The translations under genes were made by a program, and so were the position numbers. A DNA stretch of 64,000 nt, taken from contig OZ024742.1 in assembly GCA_964016885.1 (NCBI GenBank), positions 136,834,001 to 136,898,000 on the forward strand, given 5' to 3'. Positions 26,690-41,084 of the stretch are shown in pieces. Positions within the stretch are counted from its first letter, which is position 1. Each line of letters begins with the position of its first letter. The notes under the pieces were generated by a model. That model ran no database searches. It was not told where the DNA came from and saw nothing but the letters and a program-made list of their open reading frames with translations. This DNA comes from Eledone cirrhosa. Taxonomy: Eukaryota.

Positions 26690-27560
26690 CCATGGGACTT
26701 GTTGAAGTATGGACAGCTTCTTGTTGTATTGAAGTCCTTATATGAATGCCCTAGTATTTGTGATCGGAGATATTGTGCTCAATCTAAACTATTCAATGTA
26801 GGTCTCGAACTCCGCCATGGGTAAGTACTCTTACTTCTTCTGTTCATAATTGTAATGAACAGGATTGAAATGGGCAACTGGGTTGGGAGTAGAATAGAGA
26901 CAATAGGGTGCAGAATTAGTCGGATGGAATTTGCAGGTGACATGGTATTTTTGAACTCGCCGGAACATGAATTCTGACATGCACTTGATAGGTTTGATGC
27001 GAAGTGCTGCACGAAAAGGAGGAACATCAGTGCTGCGATGCTTGAGAATCTTGACCTCTCAAGAAAGCCTTCACAGTGTACTTTGCATGTGAGTGAAGTT
27101 CCACTGAAATGGATGGAGACTTCCAAGTACCTCAGGATTGTTTAGACGAGTGACGAAAATCAGGAGGGGTGCAATAATGCGCCAATTTCATCACTTGGTC
27201 ATGAGGAGTGTGGGGTAGTTGTAAAAGCCAAATTCGCTATCTTCAAGTCAGTGTTCATGCCAACACTTACATATGATCTTGAATCTTAGGTAGTGACCGA
27301 AAGAATACTATCGTGAATATATGCAACCGAAATGGGGTTCCTCCAAGTGGTCGTTTAAGTAACGTTAATCCTCCGGTTCAAGAGATCACAACACCAATAC
27401 TACAGGCATGGGGTTAGTATGTCCAAGGAGAGAATCGTAGGAACCATTTTACAAACAAAGACAGCGAGTTGTAGACCCATGCGTAAACCACGAACAAGAT
27501 GTTTCGATAACACGCATGAGCTCGGTAGCTCTCACTAAGGTATCCAAACGTATGGAGACG
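26690..27560 (+). mobile_element. RTE/RTE-X-like LINE remnant, RT domain to 3' region
   Basis: SKLFNVGLELRHG*VLLLLLFIIVM (GLRQGCVLSPLLF), MEFAGDMVFL (FADD), ttccaagtacctcagg (FKYLG-like), IFKSVFMPTLTY; many stops. Confidence 0.75.
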
Positions 27561-27916
27561 CTTGCTTCTGATAGCATTCTCTGAAAAACCATACGATTTT
27601 TTAAAGGTCTTCAGGCCTGATTTTGAGAATTATTTCCAAATGAATCTAAGAATAATAATAATAATAATAATAATAATAAGACAGGAATATTTTACGACGA
27701 TGTTAACTAATTATCAATAACAAACACAAGGCCTCCCAACTGATATGTGACGCCAAACATTAAATATCAATAAATCCATGTGATGTAGCATTTGCTTGAC
27801 TGAGAAACAACATTCTCCTGCAACCTATCAAAAATCTAAAGGCGTTGTCCAAACCTAGTCAATAGTAAAGACATCTACATCTACGCATGACGAAGCGAAC
27901 GCCTTAACTACACAAT

Positions 27917-27992
<76 letters not shown>

Positions 27993-27994
27993 TG

Positions 27995-28176
27995 AAGAAA
28001 ATGTGGTAAGGAACCAGGTGGACCATAACGCACCAAAGTACTCAATACTTAGGGTAGTAGAGTGGGTAATAGGAACGAGTAGGACCCCGACGGCTGAGTT
28101 CAAGCCGTTTCGACGGCTAATCCCGAATTAGCCGTCGAAACGGCTTGAGCTCAGCCGTCGGGGTCCTACACGTTCC
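27995..28176 (-). mobile_element. Hairpin element family H1, copy 5, with 14-bp flanking direct repeat
   Basis: tatataatattatg at 27981-27994 and 28177-28190. Confidence 0.88.
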
Positions 28177-28499
28177 TATATAATATTATGTATATATGTA
28201 GTCTAATAGTAGCGAGGTTATAGGAAATATATTCACAATCATTTCGATTTCTCACAATTCTCATTCAATGAGATATGGTTTGACCGTATAAGCGAGCGAG
28301 CCTGTGTCAGAGTGTTAACAAAATATATATTTATAATGGGGCGGTCACACAATTATCCCGGAACTTGAGGTTTCTGCAAGTGTGGAGTGCATCGACAAGT
28401 ACAATTTACAATTTGCCGACCACAGTGGCAGCATCGTGCATGTAGGCCAGCCACTAATAAATTCTATATACCCGCATTTCCATTTCGTAAACTTCTTCT

Positions 28500-28609
<110 letters not shown>

Positions 28610-28960
28610 GTAAGTGTGCGTACGTGTGCGTACATATATACATATGTATATTGTACCTTTTAATTTTTATTGTAATTTTAATATTGGTAAAGGTATATTA
28701 TATTATATTACATTGTATTATATATAATTCCTGCTCTATATAACCACCTTTGTTTAGCTCTAGGGTTTTTTTGCTTTGGACTATATTTGTAATATGGTTC
28801 TTAATGTTATACACCTCCTTAGTAATTTTTATTATATATTTTTATTATTTTTATTATATATTTTTACCCATAATCTTGCAATACTTTAGTGTATGTACAC
28901 TCCATATTCTTCGGAGTTTCCGGCTTGTATTGGCCGATAATACTTCTTGTTGTTTTAATT

Positions 28961-28998
28961 GCCCTGATGAGTCCTTAATAGGACGAAACATTGTCAGC
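28961..28998 (+). ncRNA. Minimal type I hammerhead in a PLE pLTR fragment (about 28650-29147)
   Basis: gcc-CTGATGA-gtcct taat aggac-GAAA-cattg-TC-agc followed by AATAAA; element ends in (TA)n. Confidence 0.8.
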
Positions 28999-29169
28999 TA
29001 ATAAAGACTTTTGAAGTATTGAAGGCTTCTTTGTTTTACTTTCTTAATTCTTCGGCTCTGTTTAACTACATTGAGCTATACCTTTTACTGTCATTTCTAT
29101 AATACGAAGAGGGTGTTTAACTCCAACACGCTCCAGTATTTTAACCCTTATATATATATATATATATAT

Positions 29170-29326
29170 AACAAAGAACGTGTGGTAAGAAACCAGGTGG
29201 ACCATAACGTCCAGAGTACTCTATACTTAGAGTAGTAGAGTTGGTAATAGGAAATATTCGGGACCGCTACGGCTGAGCTCCGGCCGTTTCGAAACGACTG
29301 GAGCTCAACCACGGGATCCTCACTCT

Positions 29327-29330
<4 letters not shown>
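29170..29330 (-). mobile_element. Hairpin element family H1, copy 6 (diverged)
   Basis: tgtggtaagaaaccaggtggaccataacg tail; centre gtttcgaaac. Confidence 0.85.
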
Positions 29331-29364
<34 letters not shown>

Positions 29365-29773
29365 TCCTTTTTCGTTTTTCTAGTTCTATTTCTCATTTTT
29401 CATGTTATTTATTAAAAAGAAACAAAAAGGCCAATAGTTTAAATCTTACAACCAGACAAAAAGAAAATCGAAAAAACAAAATCTAATAACAATATACGAG
29501 AGAAGTAAACATAGAAGTTTAAATGTGAGAAGTTGGGAAAATATGGTGGTTATAAGAGGAAGAATGAGAAGTAACACATTGGAAAGCATTAAGTAATATA
29601 CAAAACATCAGATCGAATATATATAGGAAGAATGGAATAGTATTGATGAAAGAAATATAGATGTAACATTCCTGTTTGGCATATTTACGATTGCTTCAAT
29701 AGATAGTTGCGAAAGAACCCAATTTATGGGCATGCGTCGTTTCAGACATCTCAGTTCAAATGGGTCAGAAATA

Positions 29774-29857
<84 letters not shown>

Positions 29858-30199
29858 TTATGCATTCGTGAGTTTATATCGAATAATAATAACATTATAA
29901 CATAATTAATATTCGATTCGTTTGCAAGCAAACAGCATCATAACACAGTAAAACTCAGCCGATGTATACTCTAGAGAATATTATATATTCTCAAGAGTTC
30001 TAGTGAGCAGTAGAATAGGGCGAGATATAGACTCTTTACAAGGAGCAATAACCTTCAAACAATTGTCGATGTTTCTCTCTGATACCGCTAGAACAAAAGG
30101 ATGGTGATAGCCGTTTAAAATGCATAGCGCTATGAGGTTGTTTGCTTGCAAAAGAATCGAATATTAATAATTCTATCATAATATTATAATATATATTTT

Positions 30200-30376
30200 T
30201 TGGCAGTATCGGTAGAGGGTCAGACACCATGCTTTGCAGCATAGAGTTATGTTCTGAGTTCAAATCCTGCCGAGGTTAACTTTGCCTTACTTCCTTATGG
30301 GGTCAATAAATTAAAGTACCAGTAATGCACTGGGGTAATTGCTGGCCTTGTTCCAAAAGTAGAAACATTATTATTT
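30200..30376 (+). mobile_element. tRNA-derived SINE family A
   Basis: Matches 60104-60290. Confidence 0.9.
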
Positions 30377-30439
30377 GATATAACACTCACGAATGCATTT
30401 TAGTATCTGCTATGTTAGAGCGAAAACAAATTTTGTTTA

Positions 30440-33400
30440 TATATATACAAGGACACTGACGTAAAACATACGATCCGATCAACTCGTTGTCACCGTTCCA
30501 GCATGCTAGGCCATAGCAGATGAACTGCAGAAGTAAAGGGTCAGGTCAGATTAGCACACACTGCACTTCATCTAAATACTCCGCTAGAAGCCGAAGTCCC
30601 AGTTCAGCATACAGGTGGTTCAGGATATTGCTCTTTGACCCGAGGATGACAATATCGTTCGGCACATCCTGAATGACCAAGCAGATTTCTCTAGGAACAG
30701 CACTGCTTGTTACACATGGAGGGGTGCATAGAAAAGGTGACCTAGACAAAGTTCATCTCTTACACTCCCAGTTAGTAAACCGCGGTCAACAGGAATCTTC
30801 ACATTCGGTCGAATATCAACGAAGAAAAGGTACATACCCAACTGCAAGGATGTGAAACTACAGAACCATGTTGGACACAGATGGCAGCAGTCTTCCAGAA
30901 CGTCACTCCACTCTAATTGCTAGGAGCTGTCAAAACTGAATGTTGATATCGCTACTGTCAGAGAAGTCCACTTCACAGAGGAAGGCAGTCTACATGAACA
31001 ATGTGCCGGACGATCCCTCTACAGACCAGGTAAACCAGCAGAAAGGAGACGCTTTCAGGAGTGAGCTTCATGGTCGCTTCCAAGCTTGAAAACCTGCGAA
31101 CAGGTCATTCTGACATACAAAATTTCCATGCTCCTCTTACTGTGTATTCATCAAAATGCCATGTTCTTCAATGTGTACTCCCTAACTCTTTCAGGAGATC
31201 CTACAGATTAAAGAAAACAAAATTTGTTCTAATCTGCAGAGTCTTCTACAAAGCAACTCTGCGAACGACAAGGTTATAATCTTTGGCGATTTCAACGGCC
31301 GAGCTTATGTAGATTGGGATGGAGTACTTGGGAGACATGGTGTTGGTAACTGCAATAACAATGTGTGTTTGCTGTTGGTGTTCTGCACAGAAACTCAACT
31401 CTTCATCACAAACACCATCTTCTAGCAGAAGGACAGTTTGAAAACAACTTTAATGTATGCTCGTTCCCAGCACTCATTCTTTATATTCTAGTGCACGTTG
31501 TGACCAGGAATACTTCTTGCATACCAGAGTGATGCCCAATGCGGAATGCCACACAAGCCATCGTCTCGTTATCTTTAAACACAAGCATAAACCAAGAATA
31601 TGCTCAATGACGACAGTTTCCAGTCGGCTGATATGAAAGTTAATTTCCAGACACCTTTTCAGTGGAGGCTTGAAGATACAAGGAATTCCACAGATCCCTC
31701 TCTTGAAACACTTTGAGAATAACTAAAAACTGCCGTTCTTCAGACGTCTGGAGAAGTACTTGGGTTCACCTAAAAAACTGGCTTGACGAAAACAATAAGA
31801 AAATTCCCGAATTGCTGGTGAAGAAGAGATCCACCAATTACGCCCGCTTAGCTCAGCCATCTTGTCTTTTGAAGAAAGCTACATTACGCCTTGTATGCAG
31901 TAATCCATAACGCAAACTAAGAGAGATCCAGAATAAGTTGTGGAAAACTTCGATGAGAGAACGCAGCTGTGCACAGGCACCGGAGACATCAAAGCTTCTA
32001 CAAAGCCTTAATTGTGGTGTATGGCCATACCGCGTCCTTTGTACAGTGCAGACAGCCAGGGCTCCTTGCTGACAGGGCGTCTATCCAAACCTGTTGGTGA
32101 GAATATTTCCAGACCCTCTTCAGCGTTAATCACACTCTCCAGAAATCAGCATTTCTCTGCATTCCCCAGTAACCAGTTGAAGGGGAACTGGATGACTTCC
32201 CATTATTGAAGAGATCAGCAAAGCCACAGAGAATCTAAAGAGGGGCAAAGAAGCAAGAGTGGATAGATATCCACCTGAGATTTGGAAGCATAGTGCCTAT
32301 CGATACAAACGAAACTCCACGAGCTCTTCGTATGTCACTGGGAGCAGTGCAATATGCCATAAGATCTCCACAATGCAGTAATCATCCCATTTTACAAGAA
32401 CAAAGGGAAAAAGTCAGACTGCTCAAATTACAGGGAGATTACTTTTCTTTCTGCCGCGGGAAAAATAATCGCAAGGATTCCTCTAAAGAGACTGGTACCT
32501 ACCATCGCTGAAGACCACCTCCCAGAGCTCCAGTGAGGATTCAGAGCGACACAAGCATGGTGTTTGTTCTCAGACAGTTCCAAGAAAAGTGCCGGGAACA
32601 AAATAAAGAGCTGTATGTGGCGCTCGTTAACTTGACAAAAGCATTCGATACAATGATCAGAAAAGAAATGTGATAGATCATGGAACGAATCGGTTGTCCT
32701 CCAATGTTCCTGAACATGATCATCCAGCTGCACAAAAACTAACGGGGCCACGTCAGACTCAACAATGACCTCTCAGAACCTTTCCGAATCTTCAACAGGC
32801 TGAAGCAGTGTTTCGTACTGGCACAAACTCTCTTTACCATCTTCTTCAGAATTATAATCAAGCAGGCCACGGAAGATATTGACGAGAGTATGCTTAATCT
32901 TCATCAGCTACAGGTCCATACGAAGACCCTGGAGCAACTGATCCGAGAACTCTTCTTTGCCTCTGATGCTGTTCTTGTTGCCCACCCAGAAAGAGACTTG
33001 CAGCTCTTTGGGCTAGACGTCAGCTTAAAGAATACGGAGGTACTCCACTAGCCCCACCTCGGGAAGCGTGCTAACAACCCATAACACCATTGGCGACACT
33101 GAACTAAAACACTCCTTCAGTTCACCTACCCAAGGTGCACCCTCGTGTCAGATGCCAATATCGACATGGAAATCAACAACACACTGAAAAAAGGTGAACA
33201 GCGTACTTTGTAGACTGTACAAATGCGTGTGAAAAAACAAACACTTGAAGAAAGTTACGAATATTTGCGTGTACACAGCCATATTCCTTACTACCCTCCT
33301 ATATGACTCAGAATCGTAGGTCACTTGTCGTCACGGCCTTCGACTTCTGGAGCTTTTTCACCAGCGTTGCCTTCGCACCATCTTCTCCATCCACGGGAAT

Positions 33401-33620
33401 GACTTTGTCAACAATGTTGAAGTCCTTGAACAGGCGGAGGTCACCAGCATCAAGGCCATGCTACTCAAGTTTCAACTATGCTCGACAGGGAACGTTACCA
33501 AACCCTGACCACACATTCAGCTGCAGCCGCTGTCTGACATTGCCCTGATCAGCCACGACCGTTCCTGCAGTTAACGTGGACCACCATCTTCTTAATCTTC
33601 GTTCGCGTAGCCAAGCCATA
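30440..33620 (+). mobile_element. RTE-clade (BovB-like) LINE, near full length, heavily decayed
   Basis: APE motifs (IIFGDFNGR, ITNTIF), RT motifs (CSNYREIT, VALVNLTKAFDT, LKQCFVLAQTLF, RELFFASD) and a post-RT LLYDSES; no intact frame. Confidence 0.85.
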
Positions 33621-33692
33621 CAAAAAACTACAAGATAATCTCTAAAATACTCTAGTTGCATTTTCTATTTTTTATTAAGAAAAACCCCATTT

Positions 33693-33818
33693 TCTTATAT
33701 ATATATCTCCTCTTATATATATATCTCCTCTTATATATATATCTCCTCTTATATATATATCTCCTCTTATATATATATCTCCTCTTATATATATATCTCC
33801 TCTTATATATATATCTCC
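33693..33818 (+). repeat. 18-bp tandem repeat, 7 copies (tcttatatatatatctcc)
   Basis: Direct inspection; abuts the 5' end of a PLE fragment. Confidence 0.95.
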
Positions 33819-34599
33819 TCTTCCGACCACCGCTTCTTGGATTACCCACACGCGTTTTGACTTCTAACCCAAATCTCCATACATCCGTGTAACTTACCAC
33901 TTTTCAACCATCCTCTTACACCATCACCTATATAACTCACCCACACACCCCAAAACAATTTTTTTATCCACACGCCACCCACACCCACAACATGCTTAAA
34001 CCACACACACGTGCTTCCCACCACATATTTACACCCTCAGCCCCCTGATTCCTCTCCCCCCACCCCCTATCCACACACGCACAGACCCTCCGACCCACAA
34101 AAACACCCCCCACACACACCTTCCTGAACATGCAACCCCGTTCTTCCCCCAACCCTCACTTTCACATACACACACACACACGCGCGCACCTAACCACACA
34201 CACCACCTTCAGCCCTCCCCGCTCGGACACCCGTCTCCCTCTCCCCACTCCACCCGCCACCACCTCTACTCACCCCACACCCTTCCACCACCTGTTTACC
34301 CCCCTTTTAATTTCAGTTTATTTTGATCATGCCTTTATTTTTAAATTTTCTCATTCCTTGTATTTTGATCATGCTTTATTTTTATTTATTATTTATTATA
34401 TTTTTGTCTTTATTTGTTAATTTTTCATTCGCACCGTTTCCTTTCGCTATATGTCTCTCCACCACTCCCCTACACACATTTTGAACTCTCACCTGAAGAA
34501 GGGCTTATGCCCGAAACGTCGTCCCCCACCTACCCCCCACTCTCCTGAGCGTGAATTTAATAAACATTTATCGTACTGCCTCTCTGTTCTGTCCCTGTT

Positions 34600-34602
<3 letters not shown>
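33819..34602 (+). mobile_element. PLE 3' pseudo-LTR fragment (C-rich family)
   Basis: Homologous to 10518-11067; ends in (TA)n. Confidence 0.8.
34491..34522 (+). ncRNA. Minimal type I hammerhead ribozyme
   Basis: ac-CTGAAGA-a-gggc ttat gccc-GAAA-cg-TC-gt; identical to 10947-10978 although the flanks have diverged. Confidence 0.75.
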
Positions 34603-34656
<54 letters not shown>

Positions 34657-34696
34657 TATATGTGTGTGTGTTTGTGTGTGTACGAGAGAGAGAGAG

Positions 34697-34774
<78 letters not shown>

Positions 34775-34929
34775 TTTTTTTATTTCACGCGGCACACATG
34801 TAGAAATATAGAGAAAAGAATTTGAAAATTCATTTGGAGCACAATTTCATGAGAGTTGTGGGGCTATAGAGGATTTGTTTGTTTTCCTGCAAAGTTCATG
34901 CATCTTAGGACAACGTCTATTCTATTGAG

Positions 34930-35590
34930 AGATGCCTGGATAGCCTGTAGTGTCGGAGTGGTAAAGAAGAAACACCCGCCAGATTTTATATCAAAGATCG
35001 TACGGGACGGATTTGGCATTCAGCTAAATTTACCATAAAGAAGCGACTACTTTCTTTTGCAAAGAAAAGCAGTTAATTTTCCTCTACCTCCTGGGTTTTG
35101 TACAGGAGGTTTTATGGTAGCTTTGGTGGAAAGTTTTGAGGATTGAGCTTTTCTTCCCGGAAGTAATTCGGATTGAATTATTTACAGGCTACTTTAGTGT
35201 GGATGTGAGAGTAGAGACCGAGGTGCTATCCTCCAATAAGTTATATGAAAGATGAGTGAGAGAAGATGCCTTCGCTACGCTTTAATTAGGAAGTTGTAGT
35301 ATCGTAGAACAAAGCTGGAAGAAGGTATTGCTTTATGTGTGTCATAATAATCTGGATTTTGGTGTCAGGGTCTCTTTCCTATATTCTGTTAGTTATGTTT
35401 ATTACTATACATTTATACTTATATTTCTCCTTAGTCATAAATAAGTAACGGATGTTATAAATGACTTTATTGTTATTGTTGAACCCATTATTTTACTTAT
35501 GTAAATCCTCCGCTATAGCTTGATTGTTGTTTTGCTGTGTACCTCGCTTTTCTTGTCTCCCCAGCCTCATATGTCAATAAAAGAAATAGT
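34930..35590 (+). mobile_element. Decayed L1/Tx1-like 3' end
   Basis: Weak C..C..EET zinc-finger trace; 3' end tatgtaaatcc..tcaataaaagaaat resembles 15811-15930. Confidence 0.35.
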
Positions 35591-36328
35591 TACACTATTA
35601 GGTGGATTATCAGAATTATTAGTCTATTAGTTAAATCTTTTGCGGTACTTAGATCCACTTCTTTACGTTCTGTATTCAAATCCCGCTGAGGTCAACTTCA
35701 CCTTTTATTTCTTTGAGTTCAGCAATTAAAGTATCAATCATGTACTGGTGGTGATGTATTCGACTGCCTCACCCCCAAATTGCTTGCTTTGTGCCGATGT
35801 TAAAGACCATTATTATTCTTGTTGTTGTTGATGATGATGTTGTATTTGTCGTTGTTATTAAGACTATCGTTATGATTGCTAGTATGATCAGTCTTATATA
35901 CATCGTCATCCCCACCATCATCCAAACGACTAGCCACACCAATACCATGATCAACAATTTTCTCGTCATGACTATCACCATCATGCCATCATCCCCAGCG
36001 ACTTCTTTATCGTTGTACCACCACAATAATCTCCCACCACCACCACAACGAGCTCACGGTATCATATTGAATGAAGAATATCAAGTGACAGTATGAAAGT
36101 TATGAAGCATGAACAACAAAGATACAAAATGGCAGCCATATTGCGTTTATTTATTTACTATTTATTTTTTTATGATTTTTCTTATTTTACCACGTAGACA
36201 ACTGGCGTCACTTTGAAGAACACACACACATACATAAACATGTCTATCTATCTCTCTCTCTATATATATATATATGCGTGTTTTCCAGTGTAAGTGTGTG
36301 TCTATAAGTATATATACATACACACACT

Positions 36329-36370
<42 letters not shown>

Positions 36371-36869
36371 CATACACACACATAAATACACACATATACG
36401 TGTATATATATACATATATATATATACGTATGTACATGTATATACAGCTATACACACTACACACACATATGTGTGTGTGCGCGAGCGTATGTATCCGTGG
36501 TGTGTGAGTATGTGTGCGCGTGACATGTGATAGGTTTTGTAACTTAACTCGCTTTCGTAAGACTTTTATACCAAACATGCTTCTCACTTATATTTTCTTT
36601 TATCTTAAAGAAGAAATGCCAGATTGTATCTGCTTACAGGAATGATCCAAAGTCTAATGGACTTTGCTGTAAAGTTCAATACGGCAAGCGTTTCTGCTAA
36701 ATGGTTGAAACTGTACCTTGCTTGAAATAAAATCTTGAGATTGAGTGATTATGCACAAAGGAATTTATGTACTTATGTATGTAAATAATCATGTCTATAT
36801 GTATTTATATCTGACAAATACATATAAATTATTTTGACAGCCATTATGACGGCTGTATAAAACTATATA

Positions 36870-36953
<84 letters not shown>

Positions 36954-38559
36954 GTCTGTGTGCGTCTGTATGTGTGTATATATGATTAATAAGCAGCTGT
37001 GGGGTTCGGTGCTTCCACGATTTGCGTGTTTGTTTGTTTTTTTAAATATACGATAAGAAAGCTTTTTAACGAATTTTGTATTAAGTCGCTCATACTTTTT
37101 ATAAGGAGATTTATTAATATTGCTATCCTGCAAAAAAAAAATGAAGGTTTAGCATTTCAAGAAGCGAAGATTTTATTATTTGGACAATAACACTCAGATG
37201 CACAGACAGAAACATATATCGGGATAATTATCTCAGTATTGGTTATGGGATTTTGCTCTCTTCTTCCAAATCCCGTCATGCCTCATGTTGCCTTTCTTCC
37301 TTTTAGGGTTGACAATTAAACTACCATTTAATGCTGAATGTATTAACGAAATTGTTAAGGTGTTTAATGGGTTGCTTTGCTATATCAGTTATAGCTCTGT
37401 GTGTTTTGAGTTCAAATTATGTCCCATTCAATGGAAAACTGGTGATAATTCTGCCAAGAACTGAAACCAGGAGATAGTAGCAGATATCGAAAGACCAATC
37501 ATTACCCATGCTTTGATCTGACGATCCTTTCTTTCTTCATTTGAGCTAACGATGACCACTTAAGTCAAGCAGAAAGTAAAACACCGTCAGTAGGTTGGAT
37601 GGATGAGTAGATGACTGATTCCGATCTTCATGGAAGATACATTCACAGTTTTAAAAAGGGATGACCTTAAGGTGCTTCTTTCTATTAGGTTTGTCTTTTT
37701 GATTCGTTAGGAAAACCACGTGGGTGGCTGTATGAAATTTGTATGATTTGCATTGTTATGAAATACATTATATTAATTCCTAGTGATATGCTACCAAATA
37801 TTTGGTACTAATATACAGGATCTCAATAATGTTTATTTTTTCGATATCTCCATTTTGCAGCTTCTGTGAGTTGGTTATTTCAAGTGTTTTTTACAGTAGT
37901 TTTACTCGTGGTCAGATTTGTGGAATCATTTGCATGATTAAGTTAAATGTGATCCAACCATAGGTTATTTTAAAATGCTTTTGAAATTTTTTGTCATGTG
38001 GTTTATTAACTCAAATATTTATAGCGTCTTTAAATGTGGATCAATCAGGGTGCTGCTTCGAAATTTGCAAAGAAAATACGTTTTAAAAATGTGGTTTCAT
38101 GCAGTACGGAATGTTAAGTGTTAATATTCTCATACTGACCTTAGCGTGTTTCGATCACATTTATATATAGATAATTATCAGAGTAGTTCATCATTTTTGT
38201 ATATTTACAGGATGTTCGTCTATGGACTTCCATTTTCTCATGTGGTTACGTATATACATACGAATGTATACATAAATATGCGCGTGCAAGAAAATAGAAA
38301 CGCCAATCTATGCATATACGTATAGTGAAACACTAAGAGACATTGATATACAAAATTAATGATGAAATATAATGACATGAACTTAGGAAAATAACTTCCG
38401 GTCTTTCGGATGTCTACATACATAATTAACACGTAGGGACAAATACATACATACATTTAATCCGACACAATCACACAGCCAGACATACAAGTATATATAT
38501 GTATCAATAAATAATTACAAAAAGCCAAGTGCGTTAAAGTACACAATTCTCCCCCCCCC

Positions 38560-38670
<111 letters not shown>

Positions 38671-38752
38671 TATTTAGTGTAGGAGTTGACAGGGATTGAA
38701 CCCCAGAGCGGCACCACCACAGTCTCTAATATCTACCACTAGGCCACAAATA

Positions 38753-38798
38753 CGTCGAAACGGCTCGAACTCTGCCGTCGGGGTCTTGAACATTTTCC
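38753..38798 (+). mobile_element. Family H1 tail-less arm fragment (copy 7)
   Basis: cgtcgaaacggctcgaactctgccgtcggggtc..ttttcc(TA). Confidence 0.8.
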
Positions 38799-38825
38799 TA
38801 TATATATTAACGAGTGGGGTGGAGC

Positions 38826-39025
38826 CCGTCAAATCGGACCGAGGAAATAATGTTTTCCATTGATTTTTTCCAATTGCTAATACTATCTGTCAGTCACAAA
38901 TCCAGGCAGAAGGAGCGACGTGAAATAAAGTGTCTTGCTCAAGGACATAACGCACCGCCCGGTCTAGGAATCGAAATCACAAACTCACAATTGTGAATCC
39001 AGTTCTCTCAGGCACGCACCTTCAC
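38826..39025 (-). mobile_element. SINE family B (older copy)
   Basis: cgtcaaatcggaccgagg tail plus CORE-like domain. Confidence 0.85.
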
Positions 39026-39054
39026 AATATCCATTTATCTATCTAACTCTATGT

Positions 39055-39099
<45 letters not shown>

Positions 39100-39108
39100 A
39101 AATGAAGT

Positions 39109-39645
39109 AATATGGATAGGTAACTATTTAAATTATATTTTTTTTATTTATTTTGAAAGACTGTTTGAATTTTGCTTGTCCCGCTTATCTCATTTTTATA
39201 GTTCTGGTATGTCAAATTAATACCATCGAACAACAACAGTATCATAGACACCCTATATATTTCCGAGGGTACTCATTTTCTGTATATCCTCCCATGTGTA
39301 GAGAAAAAATCCGTCGTTTACCTAGCTGCTATTTTTAGTGGTGTGGCAGACAACACGTCTATGCTCCTACTCCCGCTTCTACTAACGACCAGTTCACGTT
39401 TACGGCCCCATTCGATCCTGCACTAGCTGGCTAAAGGCAATATATTTGCTGGCTGTGACTTTATGTCTAATGCAAGGGAAAATGCTTTCTGAAGAGCCGA
39501 ACTTTCTGTTGGAAGTCCCTTGGATTTCCAATCTTTTGTGAGGCGAAACCGTCGGTAAAAGCAATATGGATAGGTAAATATATAAATTATACTTTTTGAA
39601 TTTATTTTGGAAGATTGTTTGAATTATGCTTGTCCCGCTTATCTC

Positions 39646-39705
<60 letters not shown>

Positions 39706-39838
39706 GAGATAAGCGGGACAAGCATAATTCAAACAATCTTCCAAAATAAATTCAAAAAGTATAATTTATATATTTACCTATCCATATTGCTTTTACCGAC
39801 GGTTTCGCCTCACAAAAGATTGGAAATCCAAGGGACTT

Positions 39839-39840
<2 letters not shown>
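39109..39840 (+). mobile_element. PLE-type terminal family: tailed copy 39109-39252, hammerhead copy 39261-39648, inverted copy 39703-39840
   Basis: Shared tatggataggtaa..tgcttgtcccgcttatctcattt; 39511-39648 and 39703-39840 are reverse complements around (TA)n. Confidence 0.85.
39483..39563 (+). ncRNA. Type I hammerhead ribozyme, canonical core, extended stem II
   Basis: tgcttt-CTGAAGA-gcc..ttggaa..ttccaa..ggc-GAAA-cc gtc gg-TA-aaagca; predicted cleavage after GUA at 39557. Confidence 0.9.
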
Positions 39841-39920
<80 letters not shown>

Positions 39921-40242
39921 ATATATATAAATGAGATAAGTATATATACACTTACGTTAAACATTGATGAAATTTACTTCAAGCGCTCAATGCCATGTTA
40001 CTTCTTCTAAATATGAATATAGTGTATATTTAGAATGATGTAAATGTGAAGTTTGTTGTTGATGTTAAAGTGTCCTTTATTGCTAAAGGATGTGATACAT
40101 ATTTCAATGACGCCATTCCTATTTTGAAGAAGTAACATGATGTTGATAGCTTGAATTGAATTGCATCCTGATTTCCCGTAAGAATTTAGTTCCTATCTGT
40201 TGAGCGCTTTATGGTGTAACCGATATATAAATATATAATAGA

Positions 40243-40420
40243 TTCTACTTTTGGCACAAGTCCAGCAATTATCCCAGTGCATTACTGGTACTTTATTTTA
40301 TTGACTCCGTAAGGATGAACGTCAAGTTAACCTCGGCAGGATCTGAACTCAGACCGTAAAGGGCCGTAAGTCTATGCTGCAAAGCATGGCTTCCGACCCT
40401 CCACAAATGCTGCCAATCCA
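40243..40420 (-). mobile_element. tRNA-derived SINE family A
   Basis: Reverse complement of the 60104 copy. Confidence 0.9.
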
Positions 40421-41021
40421 CATATATATAATTAAGTGGAGACATTGGCTATCAACTACACGCGAAATTCCCCCTACCTTGGGGACCAATTACACCTATT
40501 TTATATCTCTACCAGAGGACGGATCTAAAATAAGAACCAACATTCGACCCGTAGCTAAGAAGATCAAAATGAACGTGAAACCTCTTATTTTCCCGCAATA
40601 CCCTTTATTTTGCACTGAAGCCTGGAATAGGCATCTCTAGCTTGATCCCCTCTCGCTTCCGCAGATGATGGACTGCCAGAGCATCTTATGTGTACTTTAC
40701 ATTGACAAAATTGACCCAAATAGCCACTGCACTCTGACTGTAACTGAACTCACTATAATTCGTCACCGCTAACCTTATTTACATTTCGATATATATATTT
40801 TCCTTTCATTTTGTATCTCCATGTAGCTTTATCTTTATTTATTCATGTTATAGATTCATATATTAAACAACTGATTTATATATATATATATATATATATG
40901 CCTTTAATACGTAGAAATATCTGTGATCTCCATCAGACAACTGATGAAGGGAAATTATCCCCCGTTCGTGCTTTCCTCTTACTTATAAATACACTCTATC
41001 CAGCAACCACACAGCCCGTTT

Positions 41022-41080
<59 letters not shown>

Positions 41081-41084
<4 letters not shown>

